NCBI GenBank assembly: GCA_041666485.1
Contig: JBAYGW010000004.1
Coordinates: forward strand, 10,341-74,340
Reading direction: 5' to 3'
DNA: 64,000 bases
Source of the DNA: Patescibacteria group bacterium
Lineage (GTDB): Bacteria; Patescibacteriota; Patescibacteriia; UM-FILTER-42-10
The translations under genes were made by a program, and so were the position numbers. The notes below the pieces were generated by a model that worked only from the letters and a program-made list of their open reading frames with translations, made no database searches and was not told the origin of the DNA. Shown here piece after piece: positions 25,525 to 36,638 of the stretch (position 1 is the first letter of the stretch; each line of letters begins with the position of its first letter).

Positions 25525-26706
25525 ATGTCAAAAACAGCAAAAAATAATAGGAATTATATTTTCACATCAGAATCAGTAACCGAAGGTCATCCGGACAAGG
25601 TCTGTGATCAAATCTCCGACGCTATTCTGGATGAACTATTAAAAAAGGATAAATTTTCACATGCGGGAATTGAAACCTTTGCCACGACCGGACTAGTGAT
25701 CGTGGGCGGTGAAATTCGAACCAAAGGATATGTAGATGTGGCGGGGGTTGTAAGAAAAACCATCAAAGAAATAGGCTACGATGATCACGAAATCGGGTTT
25801 CACTGGGAAGATTGCGGAGTCATGGTGACAATTAACGAACAAAGTCCGGATATTGCCCAGGGCGTAGATGCCGGCAAGGGAAAGTTTAAAGAACAGGGTG
25901 CGGGTGACCAGGGGTTAATGTTTGGTTTCGCGACCAATGAAACTAAGGACTTTATGCCGCTGCCAATTGCACTGGCGCATAAGATAACTCATCGTCTGGC
26001 GCAGGTTAGGAAAAACAAGACACTGCCATACCTGAGACCCGACGGTAAATCAGCGGTGGCTGTGGAATATCAGAACGGCAAACCGAAAAGAATTGATACG
26101 GTGATCGTGGCAACAAGTCACAATGAAAATGTTTCATCAGCCAAAATTGAAAGAGATGTAATTAATAAAGTTATCAAGCCGGTTTGTGGTAAATATATTG
26201 ATGCTAAAACCAGATTTTTTGTAAATGCCACCGGTCGTTTTGTAAAATGCGGACCTACGGCGGACGCAGGACTTACGGGAAGAAAAATTATTGTTGATAC
26301 CTACGGCGGGCACGGCAGTCACGGCGGTGGAGCATTCTCCGGCAAAGATCCTTCAAAAGTTGACCGTTCAGCTTCTTACATGGCACGCTACATTGCAAAA
26401 AACATTGTCGCGTCCGGACTGGCGGAGAAATGTGAAGTACAGCTCGCTTATGTCATCGGCTACGCAAAACCGATCAGTGTTTTAGTGGATACTATGGGCA
26501 CTGGAAAAATATCGGAAGAAAAAATTGTGGAGCTGGTAAAGAAGAACTTCCCAATGACCCCGGCCGGTATTATCAATCATCTGAAACTTCTCAGGCCGAT
26601 CTATAAAAAGACCGCAGCCTACGGCCATTTTGGCAGAAGTGACAAGGACTTTACCTGGGAAAAAACGGATAAAGTTGCCGTACTAAAAAAAGCATTAAAA
26701 AAATAA
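25525..26706 (+). CDS. metK: S-adenosylmethionine synthetase
   Basis: [24 protein letters not shown]...[12 protein letters not shown]...[19 protein letters not shown]. Canonical MetK motifs throughout. Confidence 0.95.
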   Translation: MSKTAKNNRNYIFTSESVTEGHPDKVCDQISDAILDELLKKDKFSHAGIETFATTGLVIVGGEIRTKGYVDVAGVVRKTIKEIGYDDHEIGFHWEDCGVMVTINEQSPDIAQGVDAGKGKFKEQGAGDQGLMFGFATNETKDFMPLPIALAHKITHRLAQVRKNKTLPYLRPDGKSAVAVEYQNGKPKRIDTVIVATSHNENVSSAKIERDVINKVIKPVCGKYIDAKTRFFVNATGRFVKCGPTADAGLTGRKIIVDTYGGHGSHGGGAFSGKDPSKVDRSASYMARYIAKNIVASGLAEKCEVQLAYVIGYAKPISVLVDTMGTGKISEEKIVELVKKNFPMTPAGIINHLKLLRPIYKKTAAYGHFGRSDKDFTWEKTDKVAVLKKALKK

Positions 26707-26712
26707 AGTAAA

Positions 26713-27657
26713 ATGGCAAAAATTCTGGTTACAGGTGGTGCCGGATTTATTGGCTCACATCTATGTGAATACTTGTTGGATAAAGGTGATGAGGTTATTT
26801 GTATTGATAACTTTTTTACCGGCCAGAAGAAGAATATTCAGCCTCTGCTTAGTAACAAGAATTTTGAACTGATCAGGCACGATATTACCTTTCCGATTTT
26901 TTTGGAAGTGGACCAAATTTATAACCTGGCCTGTCCCGCTTCCCCGATTCACTATCAGAAGAACCCGGTCAAAACCATCAAACTTTCTACAGTAGGAATG
27001 GTGAATATGCTGGGGATGGCCAGAAGATGCAATGCGCGTATTCTGCAAGCTTCTACTTCTGAAGTATATGGTGACCCCAAAGAACATCCGCAAAAAGAGG
27101 AATACTGGGGCAATGTCAATCCGATCGGCCCGAGGAGCTGTTACGACGAGGGTAAGAGGGTATCAGAATCACTCATGTACGCCTATAAACTGCAAAATAA
27201 AGCGGATATCCGCATTGTGAGGATTTTTAACACATACGGACCGAAGATGGCTTTCAACGACGGTAGGGTTGTATCAAACTTTATTTTGCAGGCTTTGCGC
27301 GGGGAGGATATTACAATCTACGGTAAGGGGGATCAGACTAGGAGTTTCTGTTTCGTGTCAGACATGGTGAAGGGGATTGTCACTATGATGAATACGGAGA
27401 ATTTTGACGGTCCGGTAAATCTTGGCAATCCGGTGGAAAACACAATTCTGGAACTGGCGGAAAAAATTATCAAGCTAACCGGATCCAAATCTAAAATTGT
27501 GTTCAAAGATTTACCGCAGGATGATCCTGTGCGCCGGAAACCGGATATTTCATTAGCCAAACGTAGATTGAAATGGAATCCGGAAATTGGGATTGATGAG
27601 GGTTTAAATACAACGATAGATTGGTTTAAAAAAGAATTAATAAATAGTGAGAAATAA
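26713..27657 (+). CDS. uxs: UDP-glucuronate decarboxylase (UDP-xylose synthase)
   Basis: [39 protein letters not shown]...[11 protein letters not shown]...[10 protein letters not shown] is the canonical UXS1 pattern. Confidence 0.85.
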   Translation: MAKILVTGGAGFIGSHLCEYLLDKGDEVICIDNFFTGQKKNIQPLLSNKNFELIRHDITFPIFLEVDQIYNLACPASPIHYQKNPVKTIKLSTVGMVNMLGMARRCNARILQASTSEVYGDPKEHPQKEEYWGNVNPIGPRSCYDEGKRVSESLMYAYKLQNKADIRIVRIFNTYGPKMAFNDGRVVSNFILQALRGEDITIYGKGDQTRSFCFVSDMVKGIVTMMNTENFDGPVNLGNPVENTILELAEKIIKLTGSKSKIVFKDLPQDDPVRRKPDISLAKRRLKWNPEIGIDEGLNTTIDWFKKELINSEK

Positions 27658-27673
27658 TTAATACGAAGAGAAT

Positions 27674-28963
27674 ATGAAAATATCAGTCATTGGGATAGGA
27701 TACGTCGGTCTGGTTACCGCCACCTGTTTTGCGGAGTTAGGTAATACCGTAACCTGCGTGGATATTGATAAAAAGAGAATTGAAAACCTTAAAAAGGGAA
27801 TTATCCCTATTTATGAGCCGGGTCTTTCCGAGCTGGTAAAGAAAAATATCAAGCAGAAAAGGATTATCTTTACCACCAGCACTAAACTGGCGGTACAAAA
27901 CGGAAAAGTGATCTTTATTGCTGTGGGAACCCCTTCAGATAAAGACGGCCAGGCAGATTTAAAATACGTAAAGCAGGTCGCCAAAGAAATCGCTTTGAAT
28001 ATGGATGGTTATCGGATTATTGTGAATAAAAGTACTGTACCGGTGGGAACAGGTGATATTGTAAGAGGAATAGTTCAGAAAAAGTATAAAGGAAACTTTA
28101 CAGTTGTTTCCAATCCGGAGTTTTTAAGAGAAGGATCAGCAATTTATGATACGATGAATCCGGACAGGGTAGTAATTGGCAATGGTGATGATAAAGCCAG
28201 AAAAATTATGGAGGAATTGTACCGCCCGTTCAAAGCTCCGATTGTGTTTACGGATGTAAAAAGCGCGGAACTGATCAAATATGCCTCCAATTCCATGTTG
28301 GCAACCCAGATTTCTTTTATCAACAGTCTGGCGAATATCTGCGAAAAAGTGGGGGCGGATGTTGATTTTGTAGCGGAAGGTATGAAACTTGATAAGCGAA
28401 TTGGTAAACATTCCTTTTTATCTGCGGGTGGCGGGTATGGAGGCAGCTGTTTCCCGAAGGACGTAAAAGCCTTGATCAAGGCTTCGGATAAATACGGTTA
28501 TGATTTTTCAATTCTGAAAGCCGTTGAAGATGTAAATGATGCTCAGAAAAGACATGTTGTTACGAAAACAAAAGCATTGATTGGAAATTTGAAAGGAAAA
28601 AAGATCGGTATTTGGGGTTTGGCCTTTAAACCACATACGGATGATATGCGGGAGTCAATTTCTATTGTAGTAATTGACAAATTATTACAGGAAGGCGTGA
28701 AAGTAAAAGCTTTTGATCCGGTGGCACAGGAAGAAGCACAAAAAATATTCAAGAATAAAATTACTTATTGTGAAGATGTCTGGGATGCAGTGAAAAATGT
28801 GGATGCGCTGATTATTCTGACCGAATGGCCGGAATTTAAAGAAATAGATTTATTCAAACTGAAGAAAATAATGGATAAGCCATATATTATGGACGCCAGA
28901 AATATCTTCACGCTGGAAGAAATGGAAGAAAAAGGATTTCACTATCTAAGCATTGGCAGATAA
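27674..28963 (+). CDS. ugd: UDP-glucose 6-dehydrogenase
   Basis: MKISVIGIGYVGLVTATCFAELG...GGSCFPKDVKAL. The Rossmann fold and catalytic Cys motif are typical of Ugd. Confidence 0.9.
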   Translation: MKISVIGIGYVGLVTATCFAELGNTVTCVDIDKKRIENLKKGIIPIYEPGLSELVKKNIKQKRIIFTTSTKLAVQNGKVIFIAVGTPSDKDGQADLKYVKQVAKEIALNMDGYRIIVNKSTVPVGTGDIVRGIVQKKYKGNFTVVSNPEFLREGSAIYDTMNPDRVVIGNGDDKARKIMEELYRPFKAPIVFTDVKSAELIKYASNSMLATQISFINSLANICEKVGADVDFVAEGMKLDKRIGKHSFLSAGGGYGGSCFPKDVKALIKASDKYGYDFSILKAVEDVNDAQKRHVVTKTKALIGNLKGKKIGIWGLAFKPHTDDMRESISIVVIDKLLQEGVKVKAFDPVAQEEAQKIFKNKITYCEDVWDAVKNVDALIILTEWPEFKEIDLFKLKKIMDKPYIMDARNIFTLEEMEEKGFHYLSIGR

Positions 28964-28967
28964 AAAA

Positions 28968-29918
28968 ATGCGGTTAATAGTTACAATTCCGGCTTATAAC
29001 GAGGAGGAAAACATTGAAGCGGTCATCAAGGAAATACCACGCGTGATTAATGGGATAACTGACGTGAAGGTTTTAGTTTTAGATGATGGTTCAAAGGACC
29101 GGACGGTTGAACTGGCAAAAACAGCCGGTGCGGACTATGTCATATCGCATAAACAGAATAAGGGGCTGGCCGCAACCTTTCAGGATGCTATGGCGGCTGC
29201 TTTGGAAAGAGGTGCGGATGTGGTTGTAAACACTGACGGTGACAATCACTATAATCAGTCCCGCATACCGGATTTAATCCGTCCGATTCTTGAACAAAAG
29301 GCGGATATTGTGATTGGTGACCGGGAAATAAGAAAACTGGAATACATGCCGTCCGCTAATAAATATCTGAACCTAATCGGCAGTTACTGCGTTTCCCGTC
29401 TGATTGGCGTGAAAAAAACGCTGGATGTCTCATCCGGATTCCGTGCGTACACCAAAGAGGCGGTAATGAGAATTTCCATTCTTTCCAGACACACCTATAC
29501 CCATGAAACACTAATCCAGGCATTGGATCACAATTTAATTGTAACATCCGTTCCGATAAAAGCCCGCAAGGTAACAAGAAAGTCCAGGTTAATCACAAGC
29601 ATACCAAAACACCTGGCCCGATCCATTCTTGTAATATTACGGGTATTCACAGTATATAAACCATTGAGGGTGTTATCATTTATCGGGTCATTGATTATAA
29701 TTCCTGGGTTAGTCCTTGTAATCCGGTTTTTGTATTATTATATTCTTGATATTAGAGGTGGAGACGGCCACATTCAATCATTAATAATAGCCGCAATATT
29801 TATACTGGTAGGATTTCAGGTATTTGTATTAGGCTTGATAGCATCAGCGATCGGCTGGAACAGAAAAACGCTGGAAGAGATTTTATACCGCAGTAAAAAA
29901 GATAACCTGCAAAAATGA
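28968..29918 (+). CDS. GT2 polyprenyl-phosphate glycosyltransferase with C-terminal TM helices (GtrB/DPM1/ArnC-like)
   Basis: VTIPAYNEEENI...VLVLDDGSKDRT...NTDGDNHY (DxD), plus two C-terminal TM helices. ATG 28968 preferred over TTG 28953 inside the ugd 3' end. Confidence 0.75.
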   Translation: MRLIVTIPAYNEEENIEAVIKEIPRVINGITDVKVLVLDDGSKDRTVELAKTAGADYVISHKQNKGLAATFQDAMAAALERGADVVVNTDGDNHYNQSRIPDLIRPILEQKADIVIGDREIRKLEYMPSANKYLNLIGSYCVSRLIGVKKTLDVSSGFRAYTKEAVMRISILSRHTYTHETLIQALDHNLIVTSVPIKARKVTRKSRLITSIPKHLARSILVILRVFTVYKPLRVLSFIGSLIIIPGLVLVIRFLYYYILDIRGGDGHIQSLIIAAIFILVGFQVFVLGLIASAIGWNRKTLEEILYRSKKDNLQK

Positions 29919-30982
29919 AAGTACTGTTTATAACCAGAAAGTATCCTCCGCAAGTCGGCGGGATGGAGAATTACAGCTACGGCCTGATTAATAATATTAA
30001 TTGTCAGAAATACATAATTGCACTGAAACACAAACAGGCGCACCTGGTTTGGTTCTTGCCCTATGCGTTTTTAAAAAGTTTGGTGCTTTTTTGGCGCGTG
30101 GATGTGATTTATCTGTGTGATGCATTACTTGTACCTTTGGGGTATCTCTTGAAGCTAATAACAAGAAAGCCGGTTTTTGTCACAGCACACGGGCTTGATG
30201 TGACATATAGCAGATTCAGATATCAAAAATTAGTGGCACCATTTCTGAAAAAAATGGACCGGGTATTTGCGGTCAGTCAGAATACGGTAGAGGAATGTGT
30301 GAAACGCGGAGTAAAAAGAAAGAAATGCAAATTTGTGCCGAATGGAGTAGCTGTCCCGGCCAATGAAAATGAATTTCAAAGAAATGATTTGGAAAAATTC
30401 ATTGACCTGTCGCTGGATAACAGAAAAGTATTATTATCACTGGGCAGGTTGATTCCGAGAAAAGGCGTGGAATGGTTTATTAGTGAAGTTTTTGAAAAAC
30501 TGCCTTCGGAAGTTATTTACATTGTAGTCGGTGAAGGGGCAAACAGGGAGGAGATAGAACATTCCGTCCATGAACGGGGTTTGGGCAACCGCGTGTTTAT
30601 CGTCGGCAGGGTTGGCGACAGGGAACGTGAAATGTTATTTCAAACAGCGGATATATTTGTCATGCCTAATATTCGGGTAGAGGGCGATGTTGAGGGATTC
30701 GGGATTGTGGCGATAGAGGCTGCAATCCAGGGCCTGCCGGTTGTAGCATCCAATATTGAAGGGATTAATGACGCGATTATTGAAGGTCATAACGGTTTTC
30801 TTGTGGAATCGGGTAATGCCCAGGCGTTTGAAGATAAAATAAGGGATATTCTAGATAACGTAAATCTTAATGAACTTTCTGAACAGGTTTCAGAATATAC
30901 CAAGCAGAATTACAGTTGGGAACATGTCAGTGATCTGTATTTGAAGGAATTTATGCGGATTCAGAAGGATCCCAACGCGTAG
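29915..30982 (+). CDS. GT4 (group 1) glycosyltransferase
   Basis: EGFGIVAIEAAIQGLPVVASNIEGINDAIIEGHNGFLVE is the GT4 EX7E region. Confidence 0.8.
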   Translation: MKVLFITRKYPPQVGGMENYSYGLINNINCQKYIIALKHKQAHLVWFLPYAFLKSLVLFWRVDVIYLCDALLVPLGYLLKLITRKPVFVTAHGLDVTYSRFRYQKLVAPFLKKMDRVFAVSQNTVEECVKRGVKRKKCKFVPNGVAVPANENEFQRNDLEKFIDLSLDNRKVLLSLGRLIPRKGVEWFISEVFEKLPSEVIYIVVGEGANREEIEHSVHERGLGNRVFIVGRVGDREREMLFQTADIFVMPNIRVEGDVEGFGIVAIEAAIQGLPVVASNIEGINDAIIEGHNGFLVESGNAQAFEDKIRDILDNVNLNELSEQVSEYTKQNYSWEHVSDLYLKEFMRIQKDPNA

Positions 30983-31029
30983 CAGTAATTATTTGTATCT
31001 GTGTAAATATTTAATATTGAAAATAGTTA

Positions 31030-31890
31030 ATGCATCATAAACTGTATATTATAATTGTCACCTGGAATGGAGAGCAATACATTTATGATTGCTTGAATTC
31101 AGTTTACAATCAATCTGAAGCTGATTTTGGCGTGATTGTGGTGGATAACGGCTCAAATGACCGGACCAGGGAGATTATTAAAGAACAGTTTAAAGATGTT
31201 ATATTGATTGAAAACGGAACGAATCTCGGTTTTGCAGGCGGAAATAACATCGGGATCAGAAAAGCGCTTTCTCTTGGTGCTGAATATGTAGCTTTATTGA
31301 ATCAGGATACTGAAGTACCCAATATTTTTGTAAGCAATTGCGTTGCATATTTACAAGCGAATAGCAATATTGGTCTGGCGTCACCAATAGTTTTATATCC
31401 AAAAGATAATAGAATATGGTTTGCCGGATCCAGAATTTTCAGAGGCAGGGAAATATTGACTCATCCGACAACTAAAATAGGCGAGCATATTAATAAGAAA
31501 ATGTTACTGGATGGAAAAACAGATAAGTACACTGCTGATTGGCTTTCCGGCTGCGCGCTTTTTATCAAAAAAGAAGTATTCAGTAAAATAGGTTTCATTG
31601 ATGAAAAATTTTTTATGTATGGTGAAGATGTAGACTTTAGTCTTCGTGCTGTCAGGGCGGGCTATGATCTAGGTATTGTAAGTAATACCAAAATCATCCA
31701 TAAAGAAGAATTGAATAAGAAATTAATAATAAATTCCCGTTTAGTCAAAAAAGCAATCTATATGATCAAAGCCAGATGGACGATTGTTTATCGCTATTAT
31801 GGTTTTAAAGAAAAGTGCTATTATATAATTAAGCTTGTGTATACGCCTTTTTTTCAATTAATATATGCGGTTAGAAAAATTATTTCTTAA
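31030..31890 (+). CDS. GT2 glycosyltransferase
   Basis: YIIIVTWNGEQYIYDCLNSVYNQ...VIVVDNGSNDRT...NLGFAGGNN...DED region. Confidence 0.75.
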   Translation: MHHKLYIIIVTWNGEQYIYDCLNSVYNQSEADFGVIVVDNGSNDRTREIIKEQFKDVILIENGTNLGFAGGNNIGIRKALSLGAEYVALLNQDTEVPNIFVSNCVAYLQANSNIGLASPIVLYPKDNRIWFAGSRIFRGREILTHPTTKIGEHINKKMLLDGKTDKYTADWLSGCALFIKKEVFSKIGFIDEKFFMYGEDVDFSLRAVRAGYDLGIVSNTKIIHKEELNKKLIINSRLVKKAIYMIKARWTIVYRYYGFKEKCYYIIKLVYTPFFQLIYAVRKIIS

Positions 31891-34045
31891 AGTCAGTATC
31901 CTATTTACTGTATATTTATCCTCCATCTTATTTCTGGCTGTTTTTGGCTATTTTGCCAAACTTCCCGTAGTCGTGTTAACAGTACTCTTTTTAGTTGTTT
32001 GCCTTTATTTTGCGATTGATATTATTAAGCGAGCTGAGAAGGGAAGAATTAATTCAATCGCCATTGTTTCATTTGTCATTATTGCCGTATTTTGTTTTGT
32101 TATCGGATATTTTCACCATGATTTGCCGACAGGGAGGGATGATTTTAGTTATATATATGCGGCTGATCGATTATCGGTATCAGGTTCACTGGAATGGAAT
32201 GATTATTTCACGCGCCCGGTTCATGGGGTAAGAAATTTGGGAGGGGATACATTCACTTCACAATTTTTACCGTCTTATACAACTTACCTTGCAGTGTACA
32301 ATTTGTTCGGCGGATTGGAAGCATTAATGTGGGCAAACGTTTTATTGTTTCTGCTAACGTTGGGAGTATTTTATTTTTTGATAAAAAATCTGGCGGGCAG
32401 AAAAGCATCTTTAATCGGAATAATACTGATGTTATCGTCCTATGTATTTTTCTGGTTTCCCAAACGGACTAACTCCGAAAACATTTCTATGTTTCTAATC
32501 TGGCTTGGTATATGGCTAATGATCTTGGCATTAAAGAACAAAAAAACCGGATACCTTTTGCTTGGCCTGATTCCATATTCTCTACTGCTTTTAACCAGAC
32601 CGGAGGGGGTGATATTTTTTGCAGTTTACTGCACTGTTACCTTATTCCTGATATTTAGCAAGTATAACAATATGATATTTAGGGATAGGTTAACAAACAT
32701 TGCTGGATTATTCAGCACTATTTTTAATCTGATAATCTTCTATTTTTATATTTCCAGATATGAAGCTAACTACATACTAACTCAGGCCATTGATGTTTTT
32801 GAGGGATTTGATTTTGTATATAAAAACATTAGTATCCTATTATTGTTTATACTGATGTTAGTAGTATTGATAGCATCGGCAATTAAGCTCAGAAAGAAAA
32901 TTGATTTTCAGCGGTTGATATTTTGGACTACAATCGTCCTGATTGTAATTTTTGAAGCAGTCTTTTTATATTCGGTCAGCGTCGGGGATTTGAAGTGGAT
33001 AGTTTATCGTACGCAATACGTCCTAGAAAATTTTGTGTTTTATTTTTATTTTCTTTATATTTTTATAATATTACTTGGACTAAAAAAGAAAGTATTTACA
33101 CAAAATGAGTTTTTAATGACCGTGATTTTGCTTCCCGCCTTTTTCTTCATAATTGAACCGAATATCGCACTGGACCAGCCGTGGTTTATGAGAAGATTTT
33201 TTCCGACATTAATACCTCTTTTTATCATACTGTCAGCAGTTGCATTATCACGATTAAGTCTCACTGGCAGAAAATTGAAATACGTTGTTTTTTCTTTGGT
33301 GCTTATCGGTATAGTTACGACCAGATCAATTTTCTTCTTTGTGGAAAATGACGGAATTTTAAGTCAGGTAGAATCTTTTAATAAAATATTTCCAAAAGAA
33401 TCACTGGTGGTAATGAATCCCGGATGGGATTGGCAAAAAATAGCAGTGATCCAGCACTATTTTTATGATATTGATGCTTTGCCGAATATTGATTTATATC
33501 GGGTTGAAGAATTCAAAAAGGATTTACCTGAATTGCTATCACAATACCCGAATTGGGAGCAGAGTGATGCAGATTTGATTTCAATAATGAACTGGGACGA
33601 TGACCGGGCGGAGCAGGAATTTATCCAGCTACTTGGTAATTATAAAGAGGTGTATATTGTAACAGATGAACCAAATTCAAACTTTTTTAAAGGGTTCAGG
33701 GATGATAATCTGGAATATGTGGATACATATACATTCAAATATGATGAACTAAATATGGAATCAAATTTGACCGGGTATATTCAGCAGACAGAAATAATTG
33801 ATATAAAAAAAGTGCGCAGCATGCAAAACAATATTCCTCCAAATACAATAAATTCCATAGAAACTGAGTTATACGTATACAAGGTTAAGGATATTAAGTC
33901 ATACATCCCACTACAATACGTTTTTGAGATAACTGATGGTTTAGATAAAGGATATAATTATATTGTATTAAAACCAGCAGATCTCGCGGCATACAAAAAA
34001 GAACTACAAAGCGTTGTAAGAAATATAGGACTTGGACTGGATTAA
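31865..34045 (+). CDS. Large polytopic membrane protein, putative GT-C-fold glycosyltransferase
   Basis: 726 aa with at least 12 N-terminal TM helices. The first extracytoplasmic loop carries GRDDFSYIYAADR (an acidic DD motif as in ArnT/PMT-type GT-C enzymes). Soluble C-terminal domain. Confidence 0.45.
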   Translation: MRLEKLFLKVSILFTVYLSSILFLAVFGYFAKLPVVVLTVLFLVVCLYFAIDIIKRAEKGRINSIAIVSFVIIAVFCFVIGYFHHDLPTGRDDFSYIYAADRLSVSGSLEWNDYFTRPVHGVRNLGGDTFTSQFLPSYTTYLAVYNLFGGLEALMWANVLLFLLTLGVFYFLIKNLAGRKASLIGIILMLSSYVFFWFPKRTNSENISMFLIWLGIWLMILALKNKKTGYLLLGLIPYSLLLLTRPEGVIFFAVYCTVTLFLIFSKYNNMIFRDRLTNIAGLFSTIFNLIIFYFYISRYEANYILTQAIDVFEGFDFVYKNISILLLFILMLVVLIASAIKLRKKIDFQRLIFWTTIVLIVIFEAVFLYSVSVGDLKWIVYRTQYVLENFVFYFYFLYIFIILLGLKKKVFTQNEFLMTVILLPAFFFIIEPNIALDQPWFMRRFFPTLIPLFIILSAVALSRLSLTGRKLKYVVFSLVLIGIVTTRSIFFFVENDGILSQVESFNKIFPKESLVVMNPGWDWQKIAVIQHYFYDIDALPNIDLYRVEEFKKDLPELLSQYPNWEQSDADLISIMNWDDDRAEQEFIQLLGNYKEVYIVTDEPNSNFFKGFRDDNLEYVDTYTFKYDELNMESNLTGYIQQTEIIDIKKVRSMQNNIPPNTINSIETELYVYKVKDIKSYIPLQYVFEITDGLDKGYNYIVLKPADLAAYKKELQSVVRNIGLGLD

Positions 34046-34056
34046 TTTAGGACTGG

Positions 34057-34923
34057 CTAACGGATAAATCGGATATATTTTTTTTCAATATCACGGTTTT
34101 TATATACTTTTCCGAAAAAGTACATTTCTTTTAGTATAAGAAATATTGTATAAAAAATTACCAGCAATATTGATAGGGGATACATTTCCCATGTTGTGTA
34201 GCTAAAAATCAGCAAATCGGCAATTACCGTCAGCGTAATGATATTCATTGATGTCGGATACTCTGAGATATCCTTTGCTATTGCTTCAATAATATTTGAA
34301 AGTGATTTTTTCCTAGCCGGCATGTCCGGTAATGATTGGGTATTCTGTTCTCCAATATGCAATTCCTCATCCTGTGCCATGTTCTCAAATTGATATTTAG
34401 GATTGTCCCGTCTTTCCAACATATAAAATAATGTGGAAAGCATTCCTTTTTTTACCGGATCACCTGAGACAATTACCAAAACAAGTCCGACGTAAAGTAT
34501 CCAAATTTCATTCACTAGATTATATGAGAATATTACCAAACCGAGAAAAATAAATGGTATGACAATTGAGTGGTTAAGAGAGTCCAGGAATATACCGTTT
34601 ACCGATGATTTCTTCCGGTACCGCGCGATTTCCCCATCCACACAATCAAATACATAACCCAATTGAATCAAAAGCAGTGCCAAAAGTGACCATTGATATC
34701 CGCCAAAAGCAAGCAGTACCGCGCCGGCAATTCCCAGCACCATCTGGATCAATGTTGCCTGATTAGCGGTCAGGGGAGTGTGTAATAATATCCAGGTAAA
34801 ATAAATAGAAATCTTTCTGATGATGTATTTTGCATACCAAACTGTTTCTTTTTTGGGATCGGGTTGTATAGTTGCCTTTAATTCCTTAATTGATGGTAGT
34901 TTCTCCATGCTAAATTTCTCCAT
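34057..34923 (-). CDS. CDP-alcohol phosphatidyltransferase family protein
   Basis: DCVDGEIARYRKKSSVNGIFLDSLNH is the D-x2-D-G-x2-A-R...G-x3-D-x3-D signature, in a multi-TM protein. The start is ATG 34923 or 34908, both near the upstream stop. Confidence 0.75.
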   Translation of the reverse strand: MEKFSMEKLPSIKELKATIQPDPKKETVWYAKYIIRKISIYFTWILLHTPLTANQATLIQMVLGIAGAVLLAFGGYQWSLLALLLIQLGYVFDCVDGEIARYRKKSSVNGIFLDSLNHSIVIPFIFLGLVIFSYNLVNEIWILYVGLVLVIVSGDPVKKGMLSTLFYMLERRDNPKYQFENMAQDEELHIGEQNTQSLPDMPARKKSLSNIIEAIAKDISEYPTSMNIITLTVIADLLIFSYTTWEMYPLSILLVIFYTIFLILKEMYFFGKVYKNRDIEKKYIRFIR

Positions 34924-35611
34924 TATTAGTATTGGATTCATTAATATATTTCTGGACTTCAAGTAGATCCTGTTCAAAATCAATTTCTTTGCAGTAATAA
35001 TTGCCGATATTGACAGCCTTAAGGTCTAATTTTCCAGATAAGGTAAGATTCTCCAAAGCCTTTTCAAAATAATCCTTTTGTCCGACGTTGCGCAGTTCAC
35101 TGACAAAATTATGCAGATCTTTTTGTTTGATTAAATTTATTCCAACTGCTTCACCAATTCCATCCGTTACTTCCTTTGACAGCTCTTTAATAAATCCTTG
35201 ATCATTTTGTTTATATTTAATTTCTTCATCACCACATTTCTTAGTATCCACTAAGCAGGCAGATGTATCTGAATTTACCAGCAGATCTAAAATTGCCGAA
35301 TCAAAATACACATCACCGTTCAACCAGATGACGTCATCATTTATTTTTTCAAGGGCGGTCAGCAAACTTTTAGCGGTGTTGGTATGGGCATATGCATCAT
35401 TATAAACAAATATCCCTTCTGGATGCGCTTCCATGATTATTTCTTTTTTGTATCCCACCACGATAAAAATATTATCCAACCCTTCAACTTTAGACAGTTT
35501 GGCTATCTGGGAATCTAAAATCGTTTTTTCGTTTTTTAAACTCGTCAGTGGCTTCGGTATTAACGTGCCAAATCTGGTTCCCATTCCTGCCGCCAAAATT
35601 ACCGCTTTCAT
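34910..35611 (-). CDS. Sugar/alcohol-phosphate cytidylyltransferase (LicC-like NTP-transferase)
   Basis: MKAVILAAGMGTRFGTLIPKPLTSL is the nucleotidyltransferase N-terminal signature. ~230 aa, as for LicC/CTP:phosphoalcohol cytidylyltransferases. Confidence 0.7.
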   Translation of the reverse strand: MKAVILAAGMGTRFGTLIPKPLTSLKNEKTILDSQIAKLSKVEGLDNIFIVVGYKKEIIMEAHPEGIFVYNDAYAHTNTAKSLLTALEKINDDVIWLNGDVYFDSAILDLLVNSDTSACLVDTKKCGDEEIKYKQNDQGFIKELSKEVTDGIGEAVGINLIKQKDLHNFVSELRNVGQKDYFEKALENLTLSGKLDLKAVNIGNYYCKEIDFEQDLLEVQKYINESNTNNGEI

Positions 35612-35624
35612 TATTTTATATTTA

Positions 35625-36638
35625 TTATTTAAATATTATATCCCTTATTGCTTCAACTTTGATATTCTTTTTCACAATCAATGCGTGAAGAAATTTCAGC
35701 AGTGGGTAGTCATTTAGGGGAACAATCTTATTCAGAATTGAAATTGTGTTAATTCCTTCAACAGTTTTCCCCATTTTTTTCATGCGTAGGATTGCTTTGT
35801 CGGGCGTTATCCCTTTGCCTAATAGTATACCAAATTCCCTGTTTCTAGTAGACCCCGTACAACTCATCCAAAGATCGTTGCTCCAAGCCTGACTTTTCAT
35901 GCTAAATGTGGCTTTTTTGCCCCCTAAATGGCCCGTAACGATGTTTTCCAGCTCATCTGCGATAACTGTAATAATATGCGTTTCCGAACCGTAAGAGAAG
36001 CCCATTCCTTTGATTATTCCGGCTAGGATTGAAACTACATTTTTAAAGGCCGAAGCATATTCAACGCCTGAAAGATCGGTACTGGGGTATACGCGGAGGT
36101 TTGTTGATTCAAATATTTTTACCAGCTTGTTTAATGTCTTTTGATCACTGGAGGCCATCGTGGCGCCAAGCGGTTCGTGGCGGAATAAATCCGCCGCAAT
36201 GGTTCCGCCGGCAAACAGGGCGTATTTATAATTTTTACCCTTTAATTCTTGCTTAATGATTTCCGAGAGCCTGCTGCCTGTTTGATAATCAAGTGCTTTT
36301 GATGTGTTTACAATAATGATATTGTCTGGCAGAAATAGCCTAATTTTTTTAATTACTTCTCTGGTGGCATAAGACGGGGCGGCAAGAATAAGTATGTCAC
36401 AATCGCTCAATAATTCTTTGATGCTGTTTGCAAAAATTACATCCTTTGAAACTTTATATTCCTGATATAGCGTAAGATGCGTGCGCTCTCTTTTTAAATT
36501 TTCAATTAATTTTTTGTTTCGGTCAAACCCATAAATTAATAAGTCAGTTCTCTTTCTGTCAAAATGTTTTAAAAACGCATAGCCGAAGTTTCCCAAGCCG
36601 TAAATCGCAATCTTTATTTTTTTAGTGTCATTACTCAT
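35625..36638 (-). CDS. gpsA: NAD(P)H-dependent glycerol-3-phosphate dehydrogenase (GpsA-like)
   Basis: KIAIYGLGNFGYAFL (Rossmann fold) and NVVSILAGIIKGMGFSYGSETHIITV resemble the GpsA central and C-terminal motifs. 337-aa length. Confidence 0.65.
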   Translation of the reverse strand: MSNDTKKIKIAIYGLGNFGYAFLKHFDRKRTDLLIYGFDRNKKLIENLKRERTHLTLYQEYKVSKDVIFANSIKELLSDCDILILAAPSYATREVIKKIRLFLPDNIIIVNTSKALDYQTGSRLSEIIKQELKGKNYKYALFAGGTIAADLFRHEPLGATMASSDQKTLNKLVKIFESTNLRVYPSTDLSGVEYASAFKNVVSILAGIIKGMGFSYGSETHIITVIADELENIVTGHLGGKKATFSMKSQAWSNDLWMSCTGSTRNREFGILLGKGITPDKAILRMKKMGKTVEGINTISILNKIVPLNDYPLLKFLHALIVKKNIKVEAIRDIIFK

